Positions 19,403 through 39,455 of a stretch of 64,000 bases of DNA are shown piece after piece. Below the pieces are notes generated by a model. The model had not been told where the DNA came from. It searched no databases and saw nothing but the letters and a program-made list of their open reading frames with translations. The stretch lies in assembly GCF_009914755.1 (NCBI RefSeq), contig NC_060939.1; one strand, 5' to 3'. The position numbers were made by a program, and so were the translations under genes. Source of the DNA: the human T2T-CHM13v2.0 reference genome, Homo sapiens. Each line of letters starts with the position of its first letter. Position 1 is the stretch's first letter.

Positions 19403-21013
19403 AACATTGTGTTCTTATATTTATCTGTTGATGGACACTTGGTACAAATAGTTCTTTAGGCTGCTTTTTCCACTTAATATATTCTAGACATCATTTCATG
19501 TCAACAAAGTAAAATTAAATTATTATTTTTAATGACTATTTGGTATATTGCTCAACAGATATTTTATAAGTTATTTAACTAGATTGCTAACAATGAACAC
19601 TTGATTATTTACAGTTTTTTTGCTTAATAGACTTTTCAGTGATGAACAATCTTTCCAATTTGTATTGAGAAACATATCACACAGGAGAGCATATAATGTA
19701 TATGTTAAGCTTCAAGAATGCTAACAAAATGAACAGTCTGTATCCTACTCCCAGCTGAAGAAATAGAGTATTCTCAGAACCTCAGAAGCACCTGCAGGCC
19801 CTGCCCCATCTCATTGCCCTCTCATCCCCCGAGAGGGATCACTATTCTGATTTTTGTGTTAACCATTCCCATGCTTTTCTCTGTAATTTTATCATATGAG
19901 TATGTACATTCCTCCCCAAAAATATACAGCCTAAATGTAAGTCTACTGGATAAAAGAAAAAACATGGGTGCTATGGGCATCTTGGATCCTGGCCTTCCTT
20001 TCCAGACTCAATGCATCCAGTTATTTCCAGCTCAGAGAGCCCCTCCTCCATCATTGGTGTGATTCTCCACCTCCTCCTTCAAGGAAATCCTCCTTCCTAC
20101 TAGGTTGTTATCAGTTTAGAATACCCCTCCACCTCTGCCTCTACTCCCATCCACCCGTTATGGCAAACTCATTTAGAATCATTGTCCATAGCACATTTTC
20201 CAGAAATGTTAATTAAGGGTGTAGAATAACACCATATTAGGAGGCTTCAACAGAATTGTCCAGGGCAGACTTGGGCATCCCCAGTCTCACCACTTGGGAG
20301 GTCCTGACCTCTGGTGTATGATATGCCTCCTCTTCCTCCTGAGGGCCTCTTGTTTCTTTTCCTGACAGTCTGTAGCTTACTCTTGGGTAAAATTAATGCC
20401 AAACACTCCCTTCCTAAGAACAAACAATGATCTTAGACATTACATTGTTTTAATGCACATGAAGGAGGCATTTCACTAAATGCAGCATAATTGACTAATA
20501 TCCCTTGTATTTCAAATGAATATAGGCTTTTCCACAATTTTCCAGAGAAGTTTTAGCTTCCCCACTTTGCCTCACCCTCCTTATGTCTATACAGACTCTA
20601 GCTTTGGTTATCTTCAAGCATGTGCTAACTCTTTCCTTCCAGAAGCCCCCCATGATATAGAAATAACAGCACTCTGCTTGCTTCTGTCCTAATGCAGGAT
20701 CCCAGGGAAAAGGAAGACTTCCTTGGTAATTGCAGAGAATGGAATCTGAGGCTAGTATACTGGTATTATCTACCATTTACATAATACCTGCTATGTTCCT
20801 GGCACTTTACATACATTATCTGAAGAGTACATTTTATTACTTTTGCACATAAGGAAACTCGGGTTCAATCATGCATCCAAAGACATTAACGAGTGAATGA
20901 TTGATTCAGAGTTTGGACCAGGTGTGTGCATCACTAAAATGTTTGTGTTTGTGACCATTCCTCTATATCCTCTCTTTGGAAAGAGAAAGCTATGCAATAT
21001 TTAGGATTTTTTC

Positions 21014-21457
21014 CCTGAGTTTCCTAGATCTGCTGTAACAAAGTACCACAAACCTGGGGGCTTAAAACAACGGAAATTTGTTCTCTCACAGTTCTGGAGG
21101 CTAGAAGTTCAAAATCATGGTTCCTTCTGAGGGGTATGAAGGAGGATCCCTTTCTTGCCTCTCTCCTCTCTTCAGGTAGTTGCTGGCAATCCTTAGTGGT
21201 ATTGGTTTGTAGATGCATCATTCCAGCATCTGCACTTGGCCCTCTTCCCTGTGTATCTCTCCGTATTCAAATCTCCTCCTCCTTTCTCTTATAAAGATAC
21301 CAGTCTTTGGCCTTAGGGCCTACCTTAATCCAGTATGACCTCATCTTAACTTGATTACATCTGCAAAAGACCCTATTTCCAAATAAGGTCACATTCACAG
21401 ATACCAGGGGTTAGGACTTGAACATATATTTTGGGGGGACACAATTCAACCCAATAC
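21014..21457 (-). mobile_element. MLT1 (MaLR) solo LTR
   Basis: ctgctgtaacaaagtaccacaaac...ttccaaataaggtcacattc...acaattcaaccc. Confidence 0.88.
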
Positions 21458-21937
21458 CTTGGGCATCCTTGTCACCAAGGCATTCTCCTATCATATTTCC
21501 TTCCCAAGGCCTGGAGGAACATGGCTGCCTGCTCACACAAGTAAATAGGAGGTGCTGGAGGTCTTAAGCCACAGCAGGAGGGCTGGGCAGAAACCTGTGC
21601 TCAGCAAGATACCTTTTCAGTGAAGGGTACCTGTTGCGGCAGGCCAAGAGAGCCACGGGCCAGCCAAGAGGCCAAGTCAAGCTGTAGTGAAACAGTTCCC
21701 TTTGGTGTCTGCAGCTGAGTGCCTGATTGCACAGTGGCATGGCACAGCTGTGTTAGTCGTCCTTTCTCCAGATGCCATGAAGTCTGGAAAATGTGTCTGG
21801 ATACTTGTGAGGTCACCATACTTAGGGAGTTTGGACTCTGAATAAACAAGCGGCAGAAAGTCTTGAGATTCACAGCTCTTTCTGCTCCAGATTCTATACA
21901 GTTGAGGAAGGAGATGTGAATTGATGGTGGGGCCCCA

Positions 21938-22570
21938 TGTTGGGGTGATCAGACCCAACACCAGGCCATGGGGGCTACGAAGTCCAGTGGAGTTAAAGGA
22001 ATGAGACAAGACAAGAGTGCATAAAGTGGGATCAGGGGGCCAATGCTAGTATGGAGGCTGCTAAGGCCCGGAGCTCTGGAAGCCCACACTATTTATTGGT
22101 GATCAAACAAAGAAGCAGGTGGTGAGGATGTGGGGGTTGAAAGAAAGCAGTGTATCAAGCACATGATCTACAACTGTGACAGTTTAGCATTTTCTTTGAA
22201 GCATATGGAACATGTTCTGCTACTTGAGATAATGGGAAACATGTTCTTCTAGTTTAAGTTACAATCGATCTAATAGCCTGGGAGTGCTAGAAGCAAGAAG
22301 CCAGCAAGTCTAGACACATTCCAGAGGCCACAAGGAGTTTTAAGCCCTGAGCCCTGGATTCTGTCCAAGCCACAAGGGGTTTTATGCCCTGGGCTTAGAT
22401 TGTGGTGTGGCAGGGCAGGTTTCCACCCTTTGGCACAGAGCTTGGTGTTCCAAAGGCCATGAGGGGTTTTAGACCCTGGACCCCAGGCATGTTCCAAGAC
22501 TGTTTTACATTATGTCAGCCATGCAAGCCCTGCCTCAGCCTTTTTCCCAATACTCAGCTTTTCTCGAACA
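21938..22570 (-). mobile_element. ERVK-class solo LTR (LTR14C-like)
   Basis: TGTT...AACA termini; 5-bp TSD CCCCA (21933-21937, 22571-22575). Reverse complement starts tgttcgagaaaagctgagtattggg...gcagggcttgcatg; AATAAA on the - strand near 22092. Confidence 0.75.
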
Positions 22571-23047
22571 CCCCAGATGTCTTCTGTGAGACCTGGCTGG
22601 AGTTCTACAGCACCTCCTGCCTGCTACTATCCTAACACTCTGTGGAGCAAACTCTATTCACTTGTTCTCCATCTTTTCCTTCTGGGCTCTGAGAGTCCAA
22701 ACCTTGAGGTAGGTACCATGACACATTGGGGTCTCCACTCACAGCCTGATGCCTGTAGATGATCAGCCACTGTGTAATGAATGAACTCATTCTTCAATAA
22801 ACCAGTGAATGATCACATGAAAGAAACGGTCTAGTGGGACTCTCTGGCCACAAATACTGAATCACCTTCCTCTTCTTTACCATAGAAGAAGGGAGAATTT
22901 CTTTCTCAAAGACCAAACCCTAGACTTCATAGTCTTTTTCTGTTTTTCTCCCCTACAGGACTTCTACCCCTCAGGGTCTCCCACAGAGCATTCTGTGGGC
23001 AACTAACCATCTAATGTTATTTTTATAGGGCCCAAGGGAGAAATTCT

Positions 23048-23118
23048 TATACATACACACATGTGCGCGTGCACACACACACACACACACACACAAACTC
23101 TGTGTGTGTGCATGTATA
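23048..23118. repeat. (CA)n / (TG)n alternating purine-pyrimidine tract
   Basis: Seen directly. Confidence 0.9.
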
Positions 23119-23124
23119 AATGAT

Positions 23125-23960
23125 TTCAGTTATGTACTGCTACATAACAAACCACCCCTAATGTAAGTAGCACAAAACAACCATTTTATTTTGCATACAG
23201 AGTCTTTGAGTCAGGAAATTAGACAGCAACTAGCAGGGGTGGCTAGCCTCTGCTCCCTGGTGTCTGAGACCTCAGCTGGAAAGACTTGAAAGCTGAGAAT
23301 GACTCAACAATTGGGGGCTAGAGTCATCCGGAGGCGTCTTCACCCACATGTCTGGTGGTTTGGCTGGAACCTCAGCTGGGCTTTCAGCCCAAACACCTAC
23401 ACGTGGTCCCTCCATGTGTTCTCTCCACACGGGCTAGCTGGGCTTCATCAGACTAGCTGGTAACTGGGGTCCAAGGGAAGGTGTCCCGAGAAAGCAAAGC
23501 ACAAGTGCATGGCATTTTTATGACCTGGCCTCAGAAGTCACAGAGCACCATATGGCATCATATGATATTGGTCAAGGTTACAGAGTTTTCCCAGGTTCAA
23601 GGCATGAGGAAGTGGGCAAGCTTCCTCTTTTTTTTTTTTTTTTTTTTTTTTTGTCAAGAGGGAGTCTCTCTCTGTTGCCCAGGCTGGAGTGCAGTGACTA
23701 GATCTTAGCTCACTGCAACCTCCACCTCCCGGGTTCAAGTGATTCTCCTGCCTCAGCCTCCTGAGTAGCTGGGACTACAGGCGCATGCCACCACACCCTG
23801 CTAATTTTTGTATTTTTAGTAGAAATGGGGTTTCACCATATTGGCCAGGCTGGTCTTGAACTCCTGACCTTGTGATCCACTCACCTCAGCCTCCCAAAGG
23901 CAAGCTTCTAGAACAGCACATGGACAGAAGATATTGGTATGTCACTTGGAAAACAGTCTG
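23125..23960 (-). mobile_element. Old MLT1 LTR, interrupted by an Alu
   Basis: gctacataacaaaccacccc...gacctggcctcagaagtcaca. Confidence 0.7.
23626..23898 (-). mobile_element. AluS, 5'-truncated
   Basis: TSD GGCAAGCTTC. Confidence 0.92.
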
Positions 23961-23966
23961 GCAAGC

Positions 23967-23976
23967 TCTTTTTTTC

Positions 23977-24009
<33 letters not shown>

Positions 24010-24280
24010 AAAGAGATAGGATCTCTCTCTGTTGCCCAGGCTGGAGCACAGTGGCACAATCATAGCTCACTGCAGCCTCAAACTCCTGGGCTCACAAGCA
24101 ATCCTCCTGTCTCAGTCTCTAGAGCAACTGGAACTATAGGCATGCACAACCACGCCTGGCTAATTAAGTAAATTTTTTTAAAGATGAGGTCTCACTATTT
24201 TTCCAAGGCTGGCCTCAAACTCCTGGCCTCAAATGATTCTCCCACTTCAGCCTTCCAAGTAACTGGGATTACAGGCATAA
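23967..24280 (-). mobile_element. AluJ
   Basis: Alu body after T-rich tail. Confidence 0.9.
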
Positions 24281-24454
24281 TCTTTTTCTTTAAGTTGTAA
24301 AATTCACACACAAGACAGTAAATATAATTTAGTAGTTTAGAACTCTCCAATTGTGTTTCTCTGACCCTCGATCGAAAGTAACCACCCTTGTGAGTTTTGT
24401 GTTACTCATGTTCTTGCTTTCTTTATAATTTTGCCACTCCAGGTTTTTTCCTAA

Positions 24455-24874
<420 letters not shown>

Positions 24875-24879
24875 TGAAG

Positions 24880-25270
24880 AAAGGGTAGGCTTGGTTGTGT
24901 TGTGGTAACAAACATCACCAAAATCTCAGTGGCTTATAACTCCAGTTATTTCTCACTTATACTATACAGATGTTGTGGATTGGCTGTAACTCTGCTCTGG
25001 GATCCAGGCTGAAGGAGCAGGCTCTATCTGGAACATTACTAGTCTCCAGGCAGAAGAAAAAGAGACAATGGTGAGCCATGTGATTTTTCTTCAAACTCCT
25101 CCTCAGAAGTGACATGTGTTCATTCTGCTCCCATTCTATTGGCCAAAGCAAGTCACATGGCTAAGCCTAAGTTCAGTGGGTTACAAATATAATCCCTATG
25201 TAGAAAGCGACCTGGAAGGAACACTCCTAGAGGGGCAACAGATATTTTGAAATAGTATCACAAGCTACCG
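24880..25270 (-). mobile_element. Old MLT1 (J/K/L-type) LTR
   Basis: gtggtaacaaacatcaccaaaatctcagtggctt...attggccaaagcaagtcacatggc. Confidence 0.7.
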
Positions 25271-25920
25271 TAGTATCCCTCCTTGTCACAATTATTTGCA
25301 TCCCTAATACAAGCATCAGACATTAAGTCCAAGATCTCATGGTAGTTCCTACATTGGGTCTGGATGTGGTTTCCTCTTGGTCTGGAGATGCGGAACTAAG
25401 AAGTCTAGTTATCAGCCCTCCACATACCCCATGGGCCAAAGAAGAACAGGGATGGGGTAATCTCAATAAACACTCAGCAGATCTGGGGGAAGGCCTGAGG
25501 TTCTGCATTTCTAACATTATTTAGAAAGGAAAGAATGAGAGACATGATATTGGTCAAGGTTACACAGTGTTTACAGGTTCAAGGCATGAGGGAGTGGGCA
25601 AGCCTCTAGAATAGCATGTGGACAGCAGATATGGGTAATCATTGATCTATGGACAACTTGAAATTCCACTGGGCTGACATCATAAGGGGCCCCCTATCCT
25701 GGGGATAGGGAATATTTCTAGATTAGGTCTTAGTCCTGCCCCTGGAGGAAGGGGGTTCCTCATGCCATTCTCTTTCATGGCCTTTGGCTCTGCCGTCCGG
25801 AAGGGCCTTCCTTTTCTATTTTCCTCCTAATGAAGGCGTGTGCCTTCCTGAAGTGTGCCCCCCGCTTGCTCTCTGTGGTAGACTGCATTATTAAATACTC
25901 ATTGCTCCTCTCCATGGGTC

Positions 25921-26691
<771 letters not shown>

Positions 26692-26805
26692 GGGTCCCTC
26701 AATACTGGACGATTATAATGCTCACTCCCTGATGACAAACTTGGTCATATGACTTTTTTGGCCAATGGAAGTGGTGCATGCCACTTTCGGGTAGAAGCTT
26801 TATTG

Positions 26806-26919
26806 TAGGGTGACCAACCTCAGTTACCTGAAGACGAAGACTATTCTGGTTTTAACACTAAAGTGTTGTGTCCCAGGAAACCCCCAGTCCTGGGCAAACT
26901 GGGATAGCTGGTCACCCAA
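26806..26919 (+). mobile_element. MER81-like hAT-Blackjack MITE
   Basis: TIRs TAGGGTGACCA / TGGTCACCCAA. Confidence 0.8.
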
Positions 26920-27072
26920 GCTGTAAGAGTCATGTCACACTTTTATTTTTTTCCTTTTTGAGGAGAACAAAAATGTCTCCGTTAGAAACCTCCTATGAGC
27001 CTTGGTCACAGAATGAGGAGGAAGATAGCTGACCTCGATGGATATGTAATGCAAATAAGAAACAAATGTTTG

Positions 27073-27495
<423 letters not shown>

Positions 27496-27704
27496 TAAGT
27501 TTGGGGTTTATTTAGCCACTGAGTTGAGAAGGTCATTTGTTACTGCAGGATAACTTAGCCTAAGCTGACTGAGGCAGCTCTACATGATATCTTTGGTATT
27601 CACCCATTCATCCATTTCTTATTGATGTCTGACAAGTTCTGCCTCTTCTTGCCCTCAATATGGTTATGCCAAGCTTCTCCTTGGAACTTCAGTACTTTTG
27701 TGAG

Positions 27705-27988
27705 TAGAGCTGCCAAGTAAAATACAAAATGCTCAGCTAAATTTGAAATTCAGATAAACAATACATAATTTTAGAAACTTTTCCTAAATTTAAATTGATC
27801 ATATTAATAAAATTTAATTTTTAACTAGTAAGTTTGCTAAACCTGTTTTCACTACTTAAAATAATTTTATAAGTATAGCCCACACAATATTTGAGACATA
27901 CTTATACTAAAAAAGTATTTGCTCTTTATCTGAAATTCAAATTTAACTAGGCATTCTGTATTTTCATTTGCTAAATCTAGCAAGCCTA
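27705..27988 (+). mobile_element. MER53 palindromic hAT MITE with an internal AT-rich insertion
   Basis: Arms ctaaatttgaaattcagataaa / tttatctgaaattcaaatttaa; TSD TTTGTGAG/GTTGTGAG. Confidence 0.85.
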
Positions 27989-28059
27989 GTTGTGAGGAAA
28001 GCACTTTTTGAGGGGCCTGGGACAAAGAATATACTCAGAAAATTCCCACTTCTACAGAG

Positions 28060-29415
<1,356 letters not shown>

Positions 29416-29599
29416 AACACTGAGCCATTCTCCTTATCTGAAAATGAAGACTGAGGATTAAGTGTAATGGAAATGAAAGAGTCTGGCATAAGGCAGGCAC
29501 CCGAAGTGGCTGCTATGACTCCTCCACTTTCTAGCCTTCCCTTCCATCTTAGAGGAAGAGCTGCCCCCAGGCCTGTATGAGGTTCACCTGTCTCCAACC

Positions 29600-30880
29600 C
29601 CTCCCCAACAAAGAAAAGAACCTAGCTTGCTTTGTCATTTTCTTCTGGAACATTGCCTCTCACCAGCGTCTCAAGTCTACTTCCACTAGCTCTTCCCTAT
29701 CTGTCTTTTAAAATATGCTGAACTCCGCCATCACTCAATCTTGCTGTCATCCTGTTTCCTGCCTCATATCACTGATAACATTTCTCAAGCAAGTGGCCTA
29801 CAGCGGTACCAATTCCTGGCTTCTCCTTAACCCTCAGGAGAAAAAGCCTCATTCCCTTCACCCCCAACCCTAAACTTTAGTACAGAGACACCCAAAGTTT
29901 ATCAAAAGTGTTTGAATGGCCAAACCCAGAGGCCTTTTCTCGGTAATTCTTCTCTTTCAATTCAATTGAACAAGCGTGTTTTAGTGCCTACTATCACTTG
30001 GGTACAAAGAGGAATAAGTCACCCTCCTTGGCCTCAAGGGGTAGGGCTTGGGAGCAGCTATCATGTAAGTAAGGCAATACCTGAGATAGGAACTGTGAGG
30101 TAAAGTGTGAATGATGTGGGTTCTGGCCCCCAGCACTCAGCCTTATCATAGGTCTTTGCATCTACATCTATTAGGAATGGATGATTGAATGGATGAATGA
30201 ACTCCACAGGAAGATGAGGAAAGCCTTTATGGATGGAGTGAGCTTGCAGCAGAGTCTCAAAGGGTGAGTAGAGTTTTCCAGGTAGGGAAGTGTGTGGGTG
30301 AGTAGTCCAGATCGAGTCAAAGGTATGGGAGCAAGGAACGGCCTGGTGCATTCCAGAAGTGTTGATAATGTCACTGGCTGACTCGGAGGGTGTGAAGGGG
30401 AGGAGAAGGAGGGAAGGCTAGAGAGGGAAGGTAGAAAGGAAGTGGAGGCGAAAAAAGATGCTGAAGGGCCTCCTGTACCTCCAGGAAGAGTTTGAATGTT
30501 ATCATTTGGGCAATGGGAAGCTATTCCTGGGTCTTCACAAGGGAATCAGTTGGTGAGAACTGCTGTTTAGAAAGACAGCCCTGGCAGCAACTCAAGCGCT
30601 GGGAGAGGACAGAACCACCAGGGAAGAGGGTATGGGGAAGAAGAGCAGCAGGCTGAGGACAGGCCCAGGACTGAAGAATCAGGCACAGGAAGAAGAGTCC
30701 ATGGGGCAGGCTGTGAAATGGACAAAGGAAAACCAGAGGTGCTTCCCAAGCAGGGGGCCTGGCCACCAGAGTCCCAAGCTACCAAGATGTCAAGTAAAGA
30801 AGAACTGAAAGCCAACTGCTGGATGCAGCAGTGAGTGGGGGTCACAGTGGCCTTTGCCAGAACTGTTCCAGTGGAGGAGT
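29600..30880. mobile_element. L2 fragments
   Basis: Degenerate L2 3'-region phrases (gcctggtgcattccagaa, gggcaatgggaagc, cagtggccttt). Confidence 0.55.
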
Positions 30881-31303
30881 AGAGGAAGAGAGAAAACCAC
30901 AGGAGCAGGCATCGCAAGCTCATGCTCCACCCACACGTCCCCTTTCTCCTTTAGTCCTGTGACCCATGTGCTTGCTCTCTTTCTCTCTCAAAGGAGATCC
31001 AAATTTAAAAATATGGAGCCAAGGGAATCAGTTCCTTTGCAAACACACTGAACGTTAGTTTTCTTCTTCTCTTTTGCAAAAACTTCTTATTTCACAAAAT
31101 ACTCAAACAAATAGACAAAGTACAGTGAAGTCCAGGTAGATATCATCCACCTTCAGCAATGATCAATCCATGGCCAATCTTTCATCTCAACACTCGTATC
31201 CTCATTCTTGTGGAGCAAATGCCAGACATTCTTTCATCCATCAGTATGTCAATATGTATCTCTGAAATAGAAGGACTTTTTATAAAACATAATCATAATA
31301 TAA

Positions 31304-31735
<432 letters not shown>

Positions 31736-31879
31736 TAAATTTATAATTTTATAAGGTCCCCTTCCACATTTTTCTTTGTGGAAGAGGAGAAAAGACCCTT
31801 GTTCTCTGGATCACTCTGTGGTTAAGGGGGTAGGTCTTCAAATCAGATGCCCTGGTTCTATTTTGCTTTCTTGTTTTTT

Positions 31880-32372
31880 AGTACTTTTTGTTTGTTACCT
31901 ACACACAGAAAAGTACATGAATCATAAGTGAGCAGCTTGATGAATTTTCATAAGTGAACACACCTGTGTAACCACCACCCAGCTCAGGAACAGGGCATCA
32001 CTGGCACCCAAGAACCCCCTCTCAGGCCCTTTCCCAGTCTCTACCACCTCACAAAGGTCAGGTGACTTTTTCACACCACAGCCATGTGTTACCTCTTTTT
32101 GAACTTTATATAAATAAAATCATAGCATACATTTCTTGGATGACTGGCTTCTTTCACTCACCTTTATGCTGGTGGCATGCTTATCGTAATGATTTGTTCA
32201 TTCCCAATGCTGCATAGTATTCCATTGAATATGAATGTTCTACAATCTGTTTATCCATTCTAGTGTTGATGGACATTTGGACAGTTTACAATCTTAAGCT
32301 ATTACGAATGGTGCTATCGTGAATGTTATTGTCCGTGTGTTTCTTTGGGTACATACTTAAGAATGAGAATTA
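31880..32372 (-). mobile_element. Old L1M (MC/MD) 3' fragment
   Basis: gtgaacacacctgtgtaaccaccacc...ttatccattc...gttgatggacatttgg. Confidence 0.75.
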
Positions 32373-32399
32373 TGCATGCTCATGTTGCCAAGGTTTTAA

Positions 32400-32600
32400 T
32401 TTTGGGTTTACTTAATATCACTTTTGTGACCTCAAGCACATTATTTTACCTCTCTGGCCTCAGTTTCTTAATCTGTAAAACAGGCATAATCATATTCACC
32501 CTGTGGAGTTATTGGGAGGATTAAATATTTTAAAAAATCTAAAACTCTTAGAATCATGCTTGTCTCTTAGTAAGGGTTTTATAAATGTTAGCTGTCAACC
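32400..32600 (+). mobile_element. MIR
   Basis: gtgacctcaagcac...cctcagtttcttaatctgtaaaa. Confidence 0.75.
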
Positions 32601-33227
32601 CTTCCTCCCTTTGTGGTGGTAACTTCTCAAGCTCCTTCACTGTTTTTCTCCTCCTGCCAAGTTTCATTCTCCCAAGTTCAAGTTAACCTGGTCTGCTTTT
32701 CTTTCTCTCTGAAACTTGTCTATGCCTATGACTTCCATTATCTTGTACTGTGGACAGCTTTTGCAACGTGTTACCTAGAAACTATGACTCCAAATCCCCT
32801 TGTCTACAAAACTCAGCCTCTCCCCTGCTTACCAATGCTCCCTTTCTAGTAATGATGTCATATTTTCCCTTTCCCTTGAATATATGTGTCACCAAAATCT
32901 CAACAGATCTAAAGTAAATTTGCCTTTCTCTCCCATATTAGAACCACCTTGGGATCATCTCTGACCCTTCTCTCTTTCTTGCACCCCATATTTAATCTGT
33001 GGGGAAGTCCTGAAGAATCTATGCTCACATCACTGTTATTCTTTTCTTTTTACTTCCACTGTCTAGTTCAGGCCCTTAACAACTTATATTGAAACTAATG
33101 CAATAACCTGTTATCTCTTCTACCTGGCTCCAACCTCTCCTATTTCTAATTTTCTCTGAACATTGCCTCCAGATTAATTGGACTAAAATATGGCTTCATA
33201 ATAAATCATCATGATAGGGCATATAAC

Positions 33228-36175
<2,948 letters not shown>

Positions 36176-36413
36176 AATTTCATCCCTGTGAAAGCTGAAT
36201 AGTATTCCATTACTTGTACTTACCAATTTTATTTATCCCTTCATCCATCAATGGACATTTGGGTTGTTTCCCCCTTTTGGCCATTATGAATAATGCTGCT
36301 ATGAACCCTGGCATACAAATCAAATGTAACTTAAATGCCACGTCTGCATTGTGGGTGATACAAGAGATGATTATAGAATAGCACATGGAAGAACATTTAA
36401 AAACATAAATTTA

Positions 36414-36731
<318 letters not shown>

Positions 36732-36826
36732 AAAATGTAATCCTTATGAAATGATTTTAATGTAATTAGAATAACTATAATCACACTTTAAGCCTGCAAT
36801 ATCACATATATTATTGCTTCGGCCCA

Positions 36827-37023
36827 CAAGGTTTCTCAACCTCAGCACTATTGACATTTGGGATAATTCTTTGTTGTGGGGCTGTCCTGGGCACTGGAGG
36901 GTGGTTAGCAGCATCTCTAGCCCCTACCCACTAGAGGTCAACAGCACCCCTGCAGTTGTGACAACCACAGACATTGTCAAGTGTCCCCTGAGGGATGAAA
37001 CTGCCCCCACTTGAGAACCACTG
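36827..37023 (+). mobile_element. MER20 (hAT-Charlie)
   Basis: tttctcaacctcagcactattgacatttgg...ttgagaaccactg. Confidence 0.9.
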
Positions 37024-37679
37024 GTTTAGGATGGGGCTGAATAAGGTATTTAATTTTAAAAGTTGAGTCAATTTAATAACATTATTAAGTAAATAATAAA
37101 GCAGAGAGTACAGAGATAGGGTCAAAATTATCAATGTGGTTTGCAGATGCCTGGAGTTTGGGATGTTTGCTCTGCAACTATGCGAGGATATCCAAATACC
37201 CAAGGGGCTGAGACGAAGCCATTAACTAAGATGAAGGCATTATCTGGCCTCCACCACCAGCCCCATCCATTTTTTTCATCTTCTCGCCTACTGGGTCCCT
37301 ATTTGACTCTGCTATGGACAAACTATCTTGTGTTCATCCACTCACAGGCCTACCTGGAATGCCATGCTCCCTCACCGCCAATGCTGCCCTACCAAATTCA
37401 GCCCATAGACCTTCAAAAACCAATTCAAATCTCCAAGAATCCAAGTCAGAAGAAATTGCTGCCTCCTCTGAATAATTATTGCTGACACTGATTGCACTCT
37501 GTGCTTATTGCTCAGTCCTTTGAGTTATCTCGTCAATATTTCCCATTTGTCCTATATCCATCCCCACCTAGGAATGAATGGGACTTCATGATTCTGTCTT
37601 TCTAGTATTAGATGTCTTGCTCAGTAAAAAATGTTTACTGTCTTGTAAATTAATTTAAATATATGGTAAAATAATATAG

Positions 37680-38102
<423 letters not shown>

Positions 38103-39068
38103 TAACATAAAATTATGTAGGAAAGGGTGTATGATGAGCTTATTTAATGCACAAGTTTTATCGACTGTTTTGCAATTAATAGTATGAAAAACTCAATTTT
38201 TATTTCTGTAATTAAGAATGACATCAGGAAGAGGAATGCATGGTGACTAAGAAGAAGTCATCATTAGCCAGTCACCTGTCAGATATTCTGTATGTATCTG
38301 ATTATAAGATTAGAACACTTTTTCATCTGTGTGTGTGCGCGCGTGCACGTGCGTGTATGTGTGTTTGTGTGTTTCATGAGCATTTTTAGTACTGGGTCCT
38401 ATATATGTAAGTATAAATATTACCATAAAATTTATCAACCAAATTGGGACTATTTGAGAGTCACCTGGTGGGAGGGAGGGCACTATTAAAATTTTGCCAG
38501 GACAACATACATAAGCCAGGAGTGTTCATCTTATGATTTTACTATAGACAACTCACATATAGCTTAAGAAAGCAGCTCAAATCACAGACAAGATTATTTT
38601 TCATGATCGTTTTCACTGGCCACCAGAAAGCCTTTTCTAATAACAAAAGGACCACATTTTTGAATTTCATCATAGTTTGTCCTCATGGAACTATTGCATG
38701 CTGGGACTTAAAGCCTCTAAACAAACTTCATCTCCATTACCAATAAGAAGCCAGACAGTCGACCTGGTAACAGGACATTCTGAACCTCCTTCCTAGACTG
38801 CATGCAGACTGCACCGGCTGTGACAATAAAGCCACAATATTGGATCCCTCAGACTGCACCATGTCATGACTGCAGGAATACTTTATGAACCTCCAGGCTG
38901 CAGCTTTTACTATTATTCTCTTAGCCTCATCCTTTCCATTTCCCTCACAGTGATTACACTGATGAGGTCTAGTCTCAAAAACCTTAACTCGGTCCTCAAA
39001 CCGTTTTTGGTAACCATATTCGAAAGGAAAAGTTTCTCGCACCAGGTGGTGAGATTTTGCTAGTGTAA

Positions 39069-39455
<387 letters not shown>

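Noticed and set aside
21300-21457. Similarity of this MLT1 end to 61629-61745 and 63302-63420 as a further local duplication
   Set aside because: It lacks their shared atypical bases and flank, so this is ordinary family-level similarity (used as an internal control).
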